This document shows, one piece after another, positions 49,304 through 59,839 of a stretch of 64,000 bases of DNA (the stretch's first letter is position 1; every line of letters begins with the position of its first letter). The DNA is from Candidatus Anderseniibacteriota bacterium (GTDB taxonomy: Bacteria > Patescibacteriota > Andersenbacteria > UBA10190). Where the stretch lies: assembly GCA_040900375.1 (NCBI GenBank), contig JBBDZC010000012.1, positions 39,301 to 103,300 of the forward strand. The letters are read 5' to 3'. The notes below the pieces were generated by a model, which made no database searches, was not told where the DNA came from, and saw only the letters and a list, made by a program, of their open reading frames with translations. A program made the position numbers and the translations under genes.

Positions 49304-50473
49304 TTAAGTACGAATCGGGGTGGTCACTATCAATATGTTTGCTGGATTTTCTGGGTCGATCAGCAGCGCAGTCACACCGTGATTTGGCAGGTTGAGAGAA
49401 AAAGTCTGCCACGTTTTGCCGCCATCTTCCGAACGGAAAACAACACTATTAATCGCAACAAGCATCCGGGTGAAATTAGTAGGACTGACTGCGACCGCAG
49501 TTGTATTAAACGACTGGAATTGATCAAGGGGCAGGGCTAATTGCTCCCAGCTCTCACCATTATCGCGGCTGATGACCGCGCCATCATCAACCCCCACCAT
49601 GAGTGCCTGGGGAAAATCTTGCACAAAGGTTACATCAAATACTCGCTTACGATTAGTAAAACTCAAAGCGCCAGGGTTTTTGAGGTCGCGGGGAATCAAC
49701 AACTCTTCTTGAGTGGTGGGTGTCACTCGTAGTAAGGTGTGGGTGGAAGTAAGGAGGAGTAACTCACCGGCTCGATGCGGCGAAGGAATAATATTGCGAA
49801 TACTTAAGCCCTGGCGGTTGCCACCGACTAAGGTGCTCGCTTGCAAGGTATATTCTGTCCGCCACGTCTTGCCTGACTGTTCGCCTACAAAGATACTCCC
49901 CAAGCTACTGCCAGCATAGATACGGTCCGCGTTAAAAGGATCGAGTTCGATAGAAATAACTCGAGGATCAGGGGCCTCTGGCGCTCGAATGATTTGCCAT
50001 TGGCGCGTATCGAGCGGCAACGGGATAGCGAGCGCGACGTCCCAGCTATGGCCGTCGTCAATGGTGCGGATGACAAATCCTTGACCCTCCCCGGTGGTGC
50101 CTGCAGTAATGATAACGCCGTTGGCTAGCGCGACCACGTCACTGACAAAAGTTAAGGGAGTGGTCAGACGCACCCAACTGCCTCCCCCATCATCAGACCG
50201 AATAATGCCCTGTGCCCCGGCCGCGATGTAGATTGTTTGCGGACTATGGGGCGGGCGGTGAGCACGCTGGAGGCTAAATGAAGCAATATTAGTTGTTCGT
50301 TCATCGTCACGTAAGGTCACAGTTTGCTCAAATAAGGCCCCGGCACTCTGCGAGTAGTAGGTACCACCCGGCGGTGCCGCCGCCGGACGGGGGGTGCACC
50401 CGGCAATCTGGGCGACACTAATGACGAGCAGCGGCAGAACAACCACGCGCAGCGGGAGCGAAGATGAGGACAT
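49304..50473 (-). CDS. BNR/Asp-box repeat beta-propeller (lipo)protein
   Basis: IAGC lipobox-like; repeats S-DGG-SW, T-DDG-SW, SRDNG-SW, SEDGGKTW. Confidence 0.85.
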   Translation of the reverse strand: MSSSSLPLRVVVLPLLVISVAQIAGCTPRPAAAPPGGTYYSQSAGALFEQTVTLRDDERTTNIASFSLQRAHRPPHSPQTIYIAAGAQGIIRSDDGGGSWVRLTTPLTFVSDVVALANGVIITAGTTGEGQGFVIRTIDDGHSWDVALAIPLPLDTRQWQIIRAPEAPDPRVISIELDPFNADRIYAGSSLGSIFVGEQSGKTWRTEYTLQASTLVGGNRQGLSIRNIIPSPHRAGELLLLTSTHTLLRVTPTTQEELLIPRDLKNPGALSFTNRKRVFDVTFVQDFPQALMVGVDDGAVISRDNGESWEQLALPLDQFQSFNTTAVAVSPTNFTRMLVAINSVVFRSEDGGKTWQTFSLNLPNHGVTALLIDPENPANILIVTTPIRT

Positions 50474-50499
50474 AAAAATCTGTTATACTTGAATCCTAC

Positions 50500-51405
50500 A
50501 TGCAATCCTCTCTCACTTCAAAGAATGTGGCGTGGACAAATATTACTGCGCCTGCCGCGGAAGAACTGGCTGCCCTCGTTCGGGAAACAATCTTGTTGCC
50601 GCTGGACGCCGAATTCATCGCCTATGAAAACCCCCGGCCGGAAATTACGGTTCGAGCACCCTATCTGTTAATTTTGATCCAAGTACCGGTCTTTGATAAG
50701 CAGCTACGCGTGACCACCGGTGCCTCTCTCTATTTTATTATCAAGGAGAATCATTTGTGGACGTTGCAGTATGATAGTATCGCTAATCTAGAGAAACTAC
50801 GGCAAGATTTTGAAACTAATTTGGAGAAACAAGAGGAGTACTTTAATGACGGGGCTCTTGGTCTTGCTATATATCTCATTAATCAAATGGTGAACAGCGC
50901 CTTTCGCAAGCTGGACCGAGTCCATAAGCACATTAATATTGCCGAAGATGCAGTCTTTCAGGGCAATGAACGTAAAATGGTAGAAGAAGTTGCCATTCTT
51001 GCCCGTGACGTTATGGACTTCCGCAAAATTATTCGCCCCCACAAAAATTTGTTTGCGCAAGTCCCCTCCCACAGCCTCATCACCCCCGCGGTGGTGGGGC
51101 CGTGGCTGCGCCTACATAATCAAGTTAATAAACTCTGGGAAATGCTCGAAAGTTTGTCGGAAAGCACAAGAGATCTAGGTCGAACAAACTCAAATCTTTT
51201 GCAGTACAAAGAAGGACAACTACTGCAAATGCTTACGTACTACTCTATTATCTCTATTCCCGTTTTTATCTTACTGACACCATTTAACCCCCGCCAGGAG
51301 CAGGCTACTATAGTTGATATCACGATCTACTGGGGAGTTTTAAGCCTGCTCGTAGTGGTCCTAATACTCATTTTTTTGCGCTTTAAAGGAAAACGAGTGC
51401 TATGA
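50500..51405 (+). CDS. CorA-family divalent cation transporter
   Basis: W-NIT-P, RP-I-V---YL, long stalk helices, two C-terminal TMs; lacks GMN. Confidence 0.8.
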   Translation: MQSSLTSKNVAWTNITAPAAEELAALVRETILLPLDAEFIAYENPRPEITVRAPYLLILIQVPVFDKQLRVTTGASLYFIIKENHLWTLQYDSIANLEKLRQDFETNLEKQEEYFNDGALGLAIYLINQMVNSAFRKLDRVHKHINIAEDAVFQGNERKMVEEVAILARDVMDFRKIIRPHKNLFAQVPSHSLITPAVVGPWLRLHNQVNKLWEMLESLSESTRDLGRTNSNLLQYKEGQLLQMLTYYSIISIPVFILLTPFNPRQEQATIVDITIYWGVLSLLVVVLILIFLRFKGKRVL

Positions 51406-51439
51406 AAAAAGCGCCCGTGAACGAGCGCCAAGAAATAAC

Positions 51440-52129
51440 TCACATGACCAGGATGTCATCGTGGGGCCAGAAAAGCTCGCAAATATTGAGAGCTGCTGCT
51501 GTCGCCTCTTGCCAAGCCTGGCGGTAGAGGCTCTCGAGCTGGACAGAGGACATATCTTGCACATCTTCCCGACTCGTGGGAAGGATAATGAGCCGGCGAT
51601 GAGGTGTTCCCGGCGGCACATGCGTCAGCGGGTTGAAGTAGAGAATAGTAAAGACTTCAGCCGCCGTCTCGACAATGCGTTGGCATTCCAGTAAACTGTC
51701 GTCCACGTGTAGATTAATGCCGTGCTGCTCCACCACGCGATGCTTAGTCCCATTAGCGGAAAACCAGCCTTCAGTGATCCGACCATTATAGTACTGGTGC
51801 AGCTCTCGCATTGTCCGCATCCGCGTCTGCTCGCTGCGGGCAGTGAGGATTGGTATACGAGCCAGGGGCGCCAAAGTTTCCACGGCTTCTTGAGAACCAG
51901 GGATGACAGTGGCTGGAGGGCAAAGATCAGAACAAAGAAACTCCGCATAGAGAAGACCTAATTCTTCAGTCGGTCTCCCACCCGTGGCAGTATTCCACGA
52001 ATGAGTTTTGCGAAATAATTCCTGATCAAAGGGACAACCCATGTGTGGCAAGGCCATTTTAAAGGCTTGACCGATGCCGTCCAGGAGAGTGTCATCGGCG
52101 TCGAGCGAGATTATTCTGGCACCTGCCAT
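51440..52129 (-). CDS. HAD-superfamily hydrolase (5'(3')-nucleotidase-like)
   Basis: ISLDADDTL, ILTAR, K...LHVDDS; AAGGAG RBS; terminator-like hairpin 51405-51428. Confidence 0.75.
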   Translation of the reverse strand: MAGARIISLDADDTLLDGIGQAFKMALPHMGCPFDQELFRKTHSWNTATGGRPTEELGLLYAEFLCSDLCPPATVIPGSQEAVETLAPLARIPILTARSEQTRMRTMRELHQYYNGRITEGWFSANGTKHRVVEQHGINLHVDDSLLECQRIVETAAEVFTILYFNPLTHVPPGTPHRRLIILPTSREDVQDMSSVQLESLYRQAWQEATAAALNICELFWPHDDILVM

Positions 52130-52211
52130 CGGTGGTCGCTCCTTAATTAGCAAGAGAGGTAAATTGTAAGGTACGTTGCTCTACCGATATAGTATACACT
52201 GATACAACGTC

Positions 52212-53645
52212 ATGCCCGACCTACTTTTCTACAACTCATTTACTAAGCAGGTGGAGCCTCTCCGTCCCCAAGAGCCTGGTAAAGTTCGTCTCTACCACTG
52301 CGGGCCAACGGTGTACAAGCGACAACATATCGGCAACATGCGTCGTTTTTTGTTCGCTGACTACCTGCGCCGCACGCTGGAATTCTTTGGTTACGAGGTT
52401 CGAGAAATTACTAATATTACTGACGTCGGCCATCTTACTCAAGACGAAATTGATGCGGGTGAAGATAAAATGGAGCGGGCCGCGAAAGAGGCAAAGGTCA
52501 CACCCCAAGTTATTGCCGACAAGCAAATAGCGGCTTTTATAGCTGATGTGCAGGCGTTAAATATTCAACTCTCTCATAAGTATCCGCGCGCGACCCAGCA
52601 TATTCCCCAGATGCAGCAGCTCATTACCCAGTTACTGGAAAAGCAATATGCTTACCAAACGACCACGGGCATCTATTTTGATGTGCAATCTTTCCCCGCC
52701 TATGGAAAATTGTCTGGCAATACCCTAGAGAACATTGCGGCTGGCAAACGAGTGGCTATCCGCGAAGAAAAGAAACACCCGGCTGACTTTGCGCTATGGA
52801 TATTTGATAAGCAGAGCCTCCAGCGCTGGGATTCACCGTGGGGCGAGGGTTTCCCCGGCTGGCACATCGAGTGTTCCGCTATGAGTCTGGAATATTTGGG
52901 GTCGGGTATTGATATCCATACCGGAGGCGAAGATAATCGTTTTCCCCACCATGAGAATGAAATTGCCCAGTCCGAGGCTGCCACGGGTGAGAGTTTTGTG
53001 CGTCTCTGGATGCATAATCGGCACCTGCACCTTTCTGGCCAGAAACTGGCAAAGCGAGCCGGAGAACAGATTACGCTCGATACAATTAAGGAAAAAGGCT
53101 TTACCGCGTTAGCGTTTCGCTTACTGGTTTTCAGTGTTCACTACCGTACCCCCATGGATTTTTCCTGGGAGGCTTTGGCGGCCGCGGAAGAGCACGTGCG
53201 CTCTCTTCGGGGAACACTACGGCGGCTTCTCAATCTTGATCTGGTTGCTAATCAAGCTGATGCAACTGTCGACCGAGAAGTTACGCAAGCTTTTGGCAAA
53301 GCACTCGCTGATGATTTAAATACTCCACAAGCCTGGACGGTTTTTTTACAGTACGTGCGAACGATTAATACCGCCCTTGAAACCACAACACTCACCACTG
53401 CGGCTGCCAAGCAGTATTTGACAACCCTCTTCCATCTTGACCACGTTCTGGGGGTTCTCCAGCCCCTACGCTACGAACTGGAAGCCGAACATATCCCGGC
53501 CGAGATTACTGATTTAGCCAAGCAGCGCGAACGGGCCCGCCAAGGAAACCAATTTGTCGAGGCTGACCGCCTACGAACCATTCTTGAGAGTAAAGGCTAT
53601 TATATAGAAGATACGCCGAGTGGGCCGAGAATTATGCCAAAGTAG
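52212..53645 (+). CDS. cysS: Cysteine--tRNA ligase
   Basis: CGPTVY---HIGN, NITDVGH, PGWHIECSAM, FPHHENEIAQS. Confidence 0.97.
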   Translation: MPDLLFYNSFTKQVEPLRPQEPGKVRLYHCGPTVYKRQHIGNMRRFLFADYLRRTLEFFGYEVREITNITDVGHLTQDEIDAGEDKMERAAKEAKVTPQVIADKQIAAFIADVQALNIQLSHKYPRATQHIPQMQQLITQLLEKQYAYQTTTGIYFDVQSFPAYGKLSGNTLENIAAGKRVAIREEKKHPADFALWIFDKQSLQRWDSPWGEGFPGWHIECSAMSLEYLGSGIDIHTGGEDNRFPHHENEIAQSEAATGESFVRLWMHNRHLHLSGQKLAKRAGEQITLDTIKEKGFTALAFRLLVFSVHYRTPMDFSWEALAAAEEHVRSLRGTLRRLLNLDLVANQADATVDREVTQAFGKALADDLNTPQAWTVFLQYVRTINTALETTTLTTAAAKQYLTTLFHLDHVLGVLQPLRYELEAEHIPAEITDLAKQRERARQGNQFVEADRLRTILESKGYYIEDTPSGPRIMPK

Positions 53646-53729
53646 TCGCCAGGATCTTTTGCACTGTTTTTCCACGTGCACCCGCGAGGCGGGCGCGTTA
53701 TGCTATCTTATGTGAAGACACGAGGTCGT

Positions 53730-55154
53730 ATGCTAGATCAACGTCATGACAAACCGCGCCGCTCCACGGCGGCGGGGACGGGCTCACGCGTGCCGCCGCA
53801 GAACCAAGAGGCTGAAGAATCAGTCCTGGGCAGTCTGCTGATTGATAAAAACGCTATGGTTGCCGTAGCGGATTTTTTGAACGCGGAAGATTTCTATAGC
53901 GACAAGCACGGCATCATCTACCAGAGTATGGTAGAACTCTACGAAAAGAGCGAGCCGATTGATATCCTATCGGTAATGAACCGCCTGAAAGAGAAAAAAC
54001 AGCTGACGTTGATCGGCGGCGAGAATTTAGTTACCCACCTGGCCACAGTTGTACCCACTGCCGGGAATGTCTCTCACTATTCTCGGATCGTCCAAAAAAA
54101 TTCAACGCTGCGCCGGCTAATCTCCGCCGCCGCTGATATTACAGAGCTCGGTTTTGCTGAAGCAGAAGAAATCGATGTGGTTCTTGATAAAGCCGAGCAG
54201 GCACTATTTGCTGTCTCCCAAGACCATAAGCAGAGTAATTTTATTAAGCTCTCGGAAGCGCTCGAAGATGCCTTTGTGCGTATTGATAAGCTCCATAAGG
54301 GCGATAAGGATTTGCGGGGGGTAACGACTGGTTTTGGTAGTCTGGATAAGAAACTGGCGGGCTGGCAAAACTCTGATCTTATTATCCTGGCCGCCCGTCC
54401 GTCAGTCGGTAAGACAACTTTAGCGCTCGACTTTGCCCGCCATGCAGCCTTGAAGGGGGTGCCAGTCGGGGTGTTTAGCCTGGAAATGTCGAAAGAGCAA
54501 TTAGTTGATCGCATGCTCGCCGCCCAAGCCCATGTTGATCTGTGGCGACTGCGCACGGGCAATTTAGAGACCGGCGGTGAATTTGATGATTTTTCTCGGA
54601 TTGGCGAAGCTATGGGCGAACTGTCAGAAGCGCCGATTTACATTGATGACCATGCCTCTACCGGGGTGATGGGCATGCGCACGATGGCCCGGCGTTTGCA
54701 GGCAGAACACGGCTTAGGCTTGTTGATTATTGATTATCTGCAGCTGATGGAGTCGAGCCGTTATGTTGATAATCGCGTGCAAGAAGTTTCTGATATTTCG
54801 CGCAGCCTGAAGCGCTTAGCGATTGAGCTTAACGTGCCGATTATTGCTTTATCCCAGCTATCCCGAGCAGTGGAAATGCGTACGGATCAGCGCCCTAAGC
54901 TCTCCGATCTCCGTGAATCAGGCAGTATTGAACAAGATGCTGATGTTGTCCTCTTCATCCACCGTCAGCCTTTGGCGGAAGGCGTTGAGCGGCCGGATAC
55001 GCTTGATATTTCTCTGCTCATTGAAAAACATCGTAATGGCCCCACGGGAGAGATACCGATGCGCTTCCATAGCCGCTATGTTTCCTGTACCGAACCAGAA
55101 GATGCTTACGAAGAAATTTCACTGGCCTCTCCCGCGCGCGTTGCTCTTTCTTAA
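53730..55154 (+). CDS. dnaB: Replicative DNA helicase
   Basis: PPQN-EAE-SVLG, AARPSVGKT, FSLEMS, IDYLQL, LSQLSR, DLRESGSIEQDAD, KHRNGPTG. Confidence 0.98.
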   Translation: MLDQRHDKPRRSTAAGTGSRVPPQNQEAEESVLGSLLIDKNAMVAVADFLNAEDFYSDKHGIIYQSMVELYEKSEPIDILSVMNRLKEKKQLTLIGGENLVTHLATVVPTAGNVSHYSRIVQKNSTLRRLISAAADITELGFAEAEEIDVVLDKAEQALFAVSQDHKQSNFIKLSEALEDAFVRIDKLHKGDKDLRGVTTGFGSLDKKLAGWQNSDLIILAARPSVGKTTLALDFARHAALKGVPVGVFSLEMSKEQLVDRMLAAQAHVDLWRLRTGNLETGGEFDDFSRIGEAMGELSEAPIYIDDHASTGVMGMRTMARRLQAEHGLGLLIIDYLQLMESSRYVDNRVQEVSDISRSLKRLAIELNVPIIALSQLSRAVEMRTDQRPKLSDLRESGSIEQDADVVLFIHRQPLAEGVERPDTLDISLLIEKHRNGPTGEIPMRFHSRYVSCTEPEDAYEEISLASPARVALS

Positions 55155-55365
55155 AACAGAGAGCTACCTCCTGCCAAAGTTGTCTTCCTTAGGGTACCTA
55201 CCCTGCGGTAGTATGGAATCTATATGCCCAGTAGAATCACCTCGATCACCCGCTCGTAATTTCAGCTCTATGGATACACCAACGAGCAGTCTTGTTCCTA
55301 CGCCGCTGCTCTTCCTTACTGCCGTCCCGTCAGAACGGGACTTAATCTAGATAGTTCTACTGGGT

Positions 55366-55959
55366 ATGCTTCCCAAAGCTGTTCGAGATTTAACCCAAGA
55401 GCTTACGCGCCTGCCAGGAATTGGGCCAAAGACGGCGCAGCGCTTAAGTATTTACCTATTGCGCCAGCCCCGCGCTGTGGTGGCCCGCTTTGCGGATACG
55501 TTAAAAAATCTCCACGCTAATGTACGAATCTGCAGCCAGTGCTACAACTTAGCCGAAGATACAATTTGTATTGTGTGCCAAGACCAAATGCGTAGTCCTA
55601 AACTCCTCTGTGTGGTCGAAGATGCTCTCGATGTTGAGGCAATTGAGCGTACCAACTCGTACGAGGGACGATACCATGTTTTAGGTGGGGTTCTTTCCCC
55701 GCTTGAAGGAATTGGGGTCGAGCAATTGACGCTCCGAGAGCTTTTTTCCCGGGTAGACCACGAGCAGATTGAGGAACTTATTATTGCCCTCGATCATACG
55801 ATGGAAAGCGAGGCTACCACCCGTCATATCATTAACCACCTGCGCGGCATGCCTATTAAAATCACGCGCTTGGCGCGTGGTTTACCTACTGGGGGTGATA
55901 TTGAGTTTGCTGATACCCTCACATTGACTGCCGCGCTAAGCGGTCGTAAAAAACTCTAA
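55366..55959 (+). CDS. recR: Recombination mediator RecR
   Basis: LPGIGPKTAQR, C4 zinc finger, YHVLGG-LSP, ARGLP-GGD-E. Confidence 0.97.
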   Translation: MLPKAVRDLTQELTRLPGIGPKTAQRLSIYLLRQPRAVVARFADTLKNLHANVRICSQCYNLAEDTICIVCQDQMRSPKLLCVVEDALDVEAIERTNSYEGRYHVLGGVLSPLEGIGVEQLTLRELFSRVDHEQIEELIIALDHTMESEATTRHIINHLRGMPIKITRLARGLPTGGDIEFADTLTLTAALSGRKKL

Positions 55960-56277
55960 TTACTTGGCCGAGATTTTTGTAATCTCTACTTCCGTGAAGT
56001 GCTGCTTGTGGCCAAAGTACTTCTTGTAACGCTTTTTGGCTTTCATTTTCACGCCCGTCACTTTCGGGCGACGGCCATGAAGGATGACGGTGCCTTCTAC
56101 TTTTGCTCCCTTAACTGTCGGCTTGCCGAGGGCCACGCTTTTTTCCGTGGCGACAAGTAAAACTTCGTTAAAGGTAACCTTTTTCCCAGCCGCCGTCGGC
56201 AATTTTTCAACTTTGATTCTGGTACCATCAGTCACCACGTACTGCTTGCTGCCGGTTTTAATCACTGCATGCGCCAT
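55960..56277 (-). CDS. rplU: 50S ribosomal protein L21
   Basis: AVIKTGSKQY-V--G, GHKQ-FT. Confidence 0.96.
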   Translation of the reverse strand: MAHAVIKTGSKQYVVTDGTRIKVEKLPTAAGKKVTFNEVLLVATEKSVALGKPTVKGAKVEGTVILHGRRPKVTGVKMKAKKRYKKYFGHKQHFTEVEITKISAK

Positions 56278-56324
56278 AGTAGAGATAATTAACTTATGCC
56301 CCATCATGGGGGGAAAGCATCTTT

Positions 56325-56488
56325 TTGTCAACCCATTCGACTCCACGGTCTAAAGGCCGTGGCTTGCTTAAGGGTTGACTCTAAAGCCGCGCGTATCTCC
56401 ACCCTGAAGGGTGGAGCTTGCGCGAGTCGAAGAGTCAATCTTTGATAAGCTCCCCTCGACTCTTAAAGATCGGGGTCGAATGGGTCAA
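56325..56488. repeat. Nested multi-hairpin element with IS200/IS605-end-like hairpins
   Basis: CCACGGTC-TAAA-GGCCGTGG-CTTG, CTCCACCC-TGAA-GGGTGGAG-CTTG, outer repeat ACCCATTCGACTCC/GGGGTCGAATGGGT. Confidence 0.7.
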
Positions 56489-56497
56489 GGGGAAAAC

Positions 56498-56992
56498 CTA
56501 GTCGCTGGGAAGGTAGGTAATAATACTACCTACATTGATGCCATATTCACGAGCCTTGCCCGCCCCCACTTCTAGAACTCCATCAACCGGTCGCGGCGAG
56601 CGATAGATTGGTGGCGGTAGAGTGATACTTTCATCAATTACCGGCACGTTCTCTTCAATACCGATTACGCTTCCTTGAGAAACCCAGACAATATCAATTG
56701 GTATAAGCATGCCTTTCATCCAGTAGCGAGCCTCTTGGAGCTCGGTATAAGGAAAGTACATGCCTCGCCACTGCGGTATCGCAGAGCACCCAGCTAAACC
56801 CTGCTGCCGCTCCACCTCATTATCAGCAAGAGCCACGCGAAAGGTCTTGCCATTAACGCTTATTTTTCCCTCGGAAAAATCCCGGCATGTTTCCGTGGCG
56901 TTCAGGCTGCCATTTATGACTAGTAGGCCGACGATAATAATAACCACGACGCCTGTAGTAATCCCTAGTCCACCCAAGATCACACGGCTCAT
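56498..56992 (-). CDS. DUF192 domain protein
   Basis: V-LAD---ER-QGL, GM-F, YWMKGM-IPIDIVW, VLEV-AG. Confidence 0.92.
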   Translation of the reverse strand: MSRVILGGLGITTGVVVIIIVGLLVINGSLNATETCRDFSEGKISVNGKTFRVALADNEVERQQGLAGCSAIPQWRGMYFPYTELQEARYWMKGMLIPIDIVWVSQGSVIGIEENVPVIDESITLPPPIYRSPRPVDGVLEVGAGKAREYGINVGSIITYLPSD

Positions 56993-58026
56993 ACCGAGGA
57001 GCGACTACGGGCCTGTTGGTAAATCAAACTGGCAATAACTAGCGTCAACATACAGCCAGCAATCAGGAAGGCAATAATCTTAGCTCTGGTCTGTAGGGTA
57101 ATGGCGCCAATTCCCAAACCCACACTCAATAATGTGCCGAGGATAGCAATACTGCGCGCTTGGAAACCGGCGGAGAGTAAGCGGTGGTGAAAATGGCGAA
57201 CGGTATCGCCGTGCCAAGGAATCTGCCGTGCCCAGAGACGCGCGATAATTACTGCCAACATATCAATGACCGGCAACGCCAGTACGAGCAGGGTGGTAAC
57301 AATTTTACCGCCACCCACAATAGCAATCATGCCAATGTACAACCCTAAAAACCAGCTGCCACTCGTGCCTAAGTAGACCCGGGCGGGGGGAAAGTTCCAC
57401 AGCAAAAATCCTAACACGCCGCCCGCGCCAATGGCTGCTAAGGCTAAAGTAGTGCTGTCTTGAACAGACGGAAGCAGGCTCACTGCCCCGAGGGTGAAAA
57501 AAGTAACGACCCCCACTCCCCCGGCTAAGCCATCAATGCCATCGAGCCAGTTAACGGCGTTCATAAGAAACACGAGCCAGATAATTGCTAGTAGTGCTCC
57601 CGGCAGAACCAGTGACCCAATCGTATACGAGTTAAGACTGATCACGCCCGATTCCCATGGGTTACTAATTTCCCGAATCGTCCACCCCCACCCCACGGCG
57701 ATTGTGGCAATCACGATTTGCCAGACAAACTGTCTGCTGGCGGGCAACTTAACATGTTCATCAATAATACCAATCAGCAGGGTGAGGAAAGCACTGGCGA
57801 GTAAGCCAATTCGTAAATAAACATCATCTAAGACGATGTATCCGAGCAAACTAATCACGCCGATGACCATAGCCCCACCGAAGTAAACCTGAGGGTGCTC
57901 AATATGGGCTCGAAGAGAAAAAGGACTAAGGCGTAGCAGGGCAGCAAATAAGCCAAAGACTAAAATAAAGCTGCTGCCAAACAAGAGGAGGTGCGAAAGG
58001 GTGAGAGGAGTTAGATCAAGAAGCAT
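56989..58026 (-). CDS. MraY/WecA/TagO family (glycosyltransferase 4) polyprenyl-phosphate GlcNAc-1-P transferase
   Basis: GIIDE, NAVNWLDGIDGLA, NFPPARVYLG-SG, HFHHRL. Confidence 0.9.
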   Translation of the reverse strand: MLLDLTPLTLSHLLLFGSSFILVFGLFAALLRLSPFSLRAHIEHPQVYFGGAMVIGVISLLGYIVLDDVYLRIGLLASAFLTLLIGIIDEHVKLPASRQFVWQIVIATIAVGWGWTIREISNPWESGVISLNSYTIGSLVLPGALLAIIWLVFLMNAVNWLDGIDGLAGGVGVVTFFTLGAVSLLPSVQDSTTLALAAIGAGGVLGFLLWNFPPARVYLGTSGSWFLGLYIGMIAIVGGGKIVTTLLVLALPVIDMLAVIIARLWARQIPWHGDTVRHFHHRLLSAGFQARSIAILGTLLSVGLGIGAITLQTRAKIIAFLIAGCMLTLVIASLIYQQARSRSSV

Positions 58027-58154
58027 ACGGAGACTATAGTTGACATAGTGCAATTGTTGTTGTCCGATATCGTAATCTAGGAATTAACATCATAAAGCTG
58101 TCTGCTGTTTAGGTGTACAACGTTTCTTTTACCCTAACAACCCTCTCTAAAAAT

Positions 58155-59837
58155 TCAAATATTCTTGCTCTTAGCTAGAGCTATGTGGGGCCGACGAGAC
58201 TTTTGCATGACATTAAACTCAAGATCGCGGCCCAAGAACAGTCTGGTTTCAGCATCCAGGGCCGGTAAAGCGGAAAGCACGGCGGCAATCAGGGGCACGA
58301 GCGCCCACTGCAACATAATACCGAGGTAACGCCAGCGGCTGTATGCCTGCGGTCGCGGAGGGAGAAGCAGGAGTGAGAGAGTAGTCGAGATAAGTAAGCC
58401 AACCATGGCAATAGACACAATCGTGCGAGCAACAAAGGGTAAACTATACGACAGCACCGTTGCGTGAAATTCTGGTCCGCCAAAAAAAATGGGGAGCCAG
58501 CCGAGACCGGCAATAATAATAGGCGCTGTGGCCCAGGAATGATGACCTTCAAGAGTGCGGAAAATATAGGTAAACTTGGTGCGGAAGGAAATCTGCTTCT
58601 GGCGGAGAAACCCTTCGGCAATATAAGGAAAGTTTTCGATCCCCCAGGCCCAGCGACGCTTTTGCTTATACTGGTTCTTCAGCGTTTGCCACCAGTTTCC
58701 TGCCAGGGCGGCATCCATGGAAACAGTCGTGTATAAAGGTTCGGTGCGGTAATGACCATGGTAATGAAGCAAACACTGCCAAAAAATGCGCGAATCTTCG
58801 GAAACAATATTTTTCTGCCAATAGCCGACTTCCTGGAGCGCTCTAAGCGTCATAGAGTGACTCGAGAATGTCACCAGACGTTCGGGCCGAGTCGATTCTA
58901 TCATCTGCCAAAAGGTCGAACCGGTAGCGATAACCCGGGAAAAGGCTGGGGCATCCCATAAGTTATTATTGTACATAGGCAGCGGCTGGTAGCTGACGCG
59001 GTAGCGGTCAGGATGGGTGATGAAAGTATAGGTTAAAAGAGAAAAATAAGAAGGGTTAACAACTGTATCGCTATCAAAGTTACTCACGAGAATATGCGCT
59101 ACCGGAATCCCCAAGCGCTGCAGCTCAACCTCCATATGTTTGAGTGCCCACGTGGCATTAGCGCTCTTGACACGCGCCTCGCCCGGTAAGCCATCAGGAT
59201 GAAAGGTAATCAAGAGAGTCCCAAACTTGGCGGCAAATTCACGCTGCAAGGCTGCTGACTTTTCCTGTGCCGGCTTGCCAACGCGCTCTTCGAAACCAAT
59301 CACCACATGCAGCCGCTCCTGCGGGTAATCAACTGCGGCGAGTGAGGCTAAAGAGGTCCGCAGAACTGCTAGTGATTCATCATAGGTCGGCAGGATTACC
59401 ACGTGGTGAATTTTTTCCCAGTTTAAGGGTTCTTCACCTCGTTGGCGCAAGTTTTCTACTTCTGTAAGATGCTGGCGCAATATCGCCTGCTCGTCGAGCG
59501 AACCTGCCGCTGCCGTTAAGCGTGCACGCAAGTGCTGGCAATAGTCTGTAAGATCGCCCGAGACCCCTTGGCAACGCTTGATCCAATTAACGCTCCGTTC
59601 GCGCCCTAAGCGCCGATACGCATACACAAGGTGAACGGACATATACACGCCGCGGATCAAAGCGTACAAATCATAAATAATAATGAAAATAGCAATCCAA
59701 AAAGGAATGATGAAAGCCAAGACTGACAGACCAATCAGGGTGCCCCATGACAACGTTGCTGGAATGATTTGAAAAAATCTCCGGCGCAGCGCGACCGGGT
59801 TAACTTCAATCACCCATTGTCCGGAAGACTTGATCAT
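58155..59837 (-). CDS. GT2 family processive glycosyltransferase
   Basis: LPTYDE, FDSDT, SEDSR, Q--RWAWG (QxxRW), flanking TMs. Confidence 0.9.
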   Translation of the reverse strand: MIKSSGQWVIEVNPVALRRRFFQIIPATLSWGTLIGLSVLAFIIPFWIAIFIIIYDLYALIRGVYMSVHLVYAYRRLGRERSVNWIKRCQGVSGDLTDYCQHLRARLTAAAGSLDEQAILRQHLTEVENLRQRGEEPLNWEKIHHVVILPTYDESLAVLRTSLASLAAVDYPQERLHVVIGFEERVGKPAQEKSAALQREFAAKFGTLLITFHPDGLPGEARVKSANATWALKHMEVELQRLGIPVAHILVSNFDSDTVVNPSYFSLLTYTFITHPDRYRVSYQPLPMYNNNLWDAPAFSRVIATGSTFWQMIESTRPERLVTFSSHSMTLRALQEVGYWQKNIVSEDSRIFWQCLLHYHGHYRTEPLYTTVSMDAALAGNWWQTLKNQYKQKRRWAWGIENFPYIAEGFLRQKQISFRTKFTYIFRTLEGHHSWATAPIIIAGLGWLPIFFGGPEFHATVLSYSLPFVARTIVSIAMVGLLISTTLSLLLLPPRPQAYSRWRYLGIMLQWALVPLIAAVLSALPALDAETRLFLGRDLEFNVMQKSRRPHIALAKSKNI

Positions 59838-59839
59838 TA

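Noticed and set aside
53040-53060. CysS KMSKS replaced by KLAKR as a sign of inactivity
   Set aside because: The catalytic Lys and the Zn-ligand motifs are retained; such variation is tolerated
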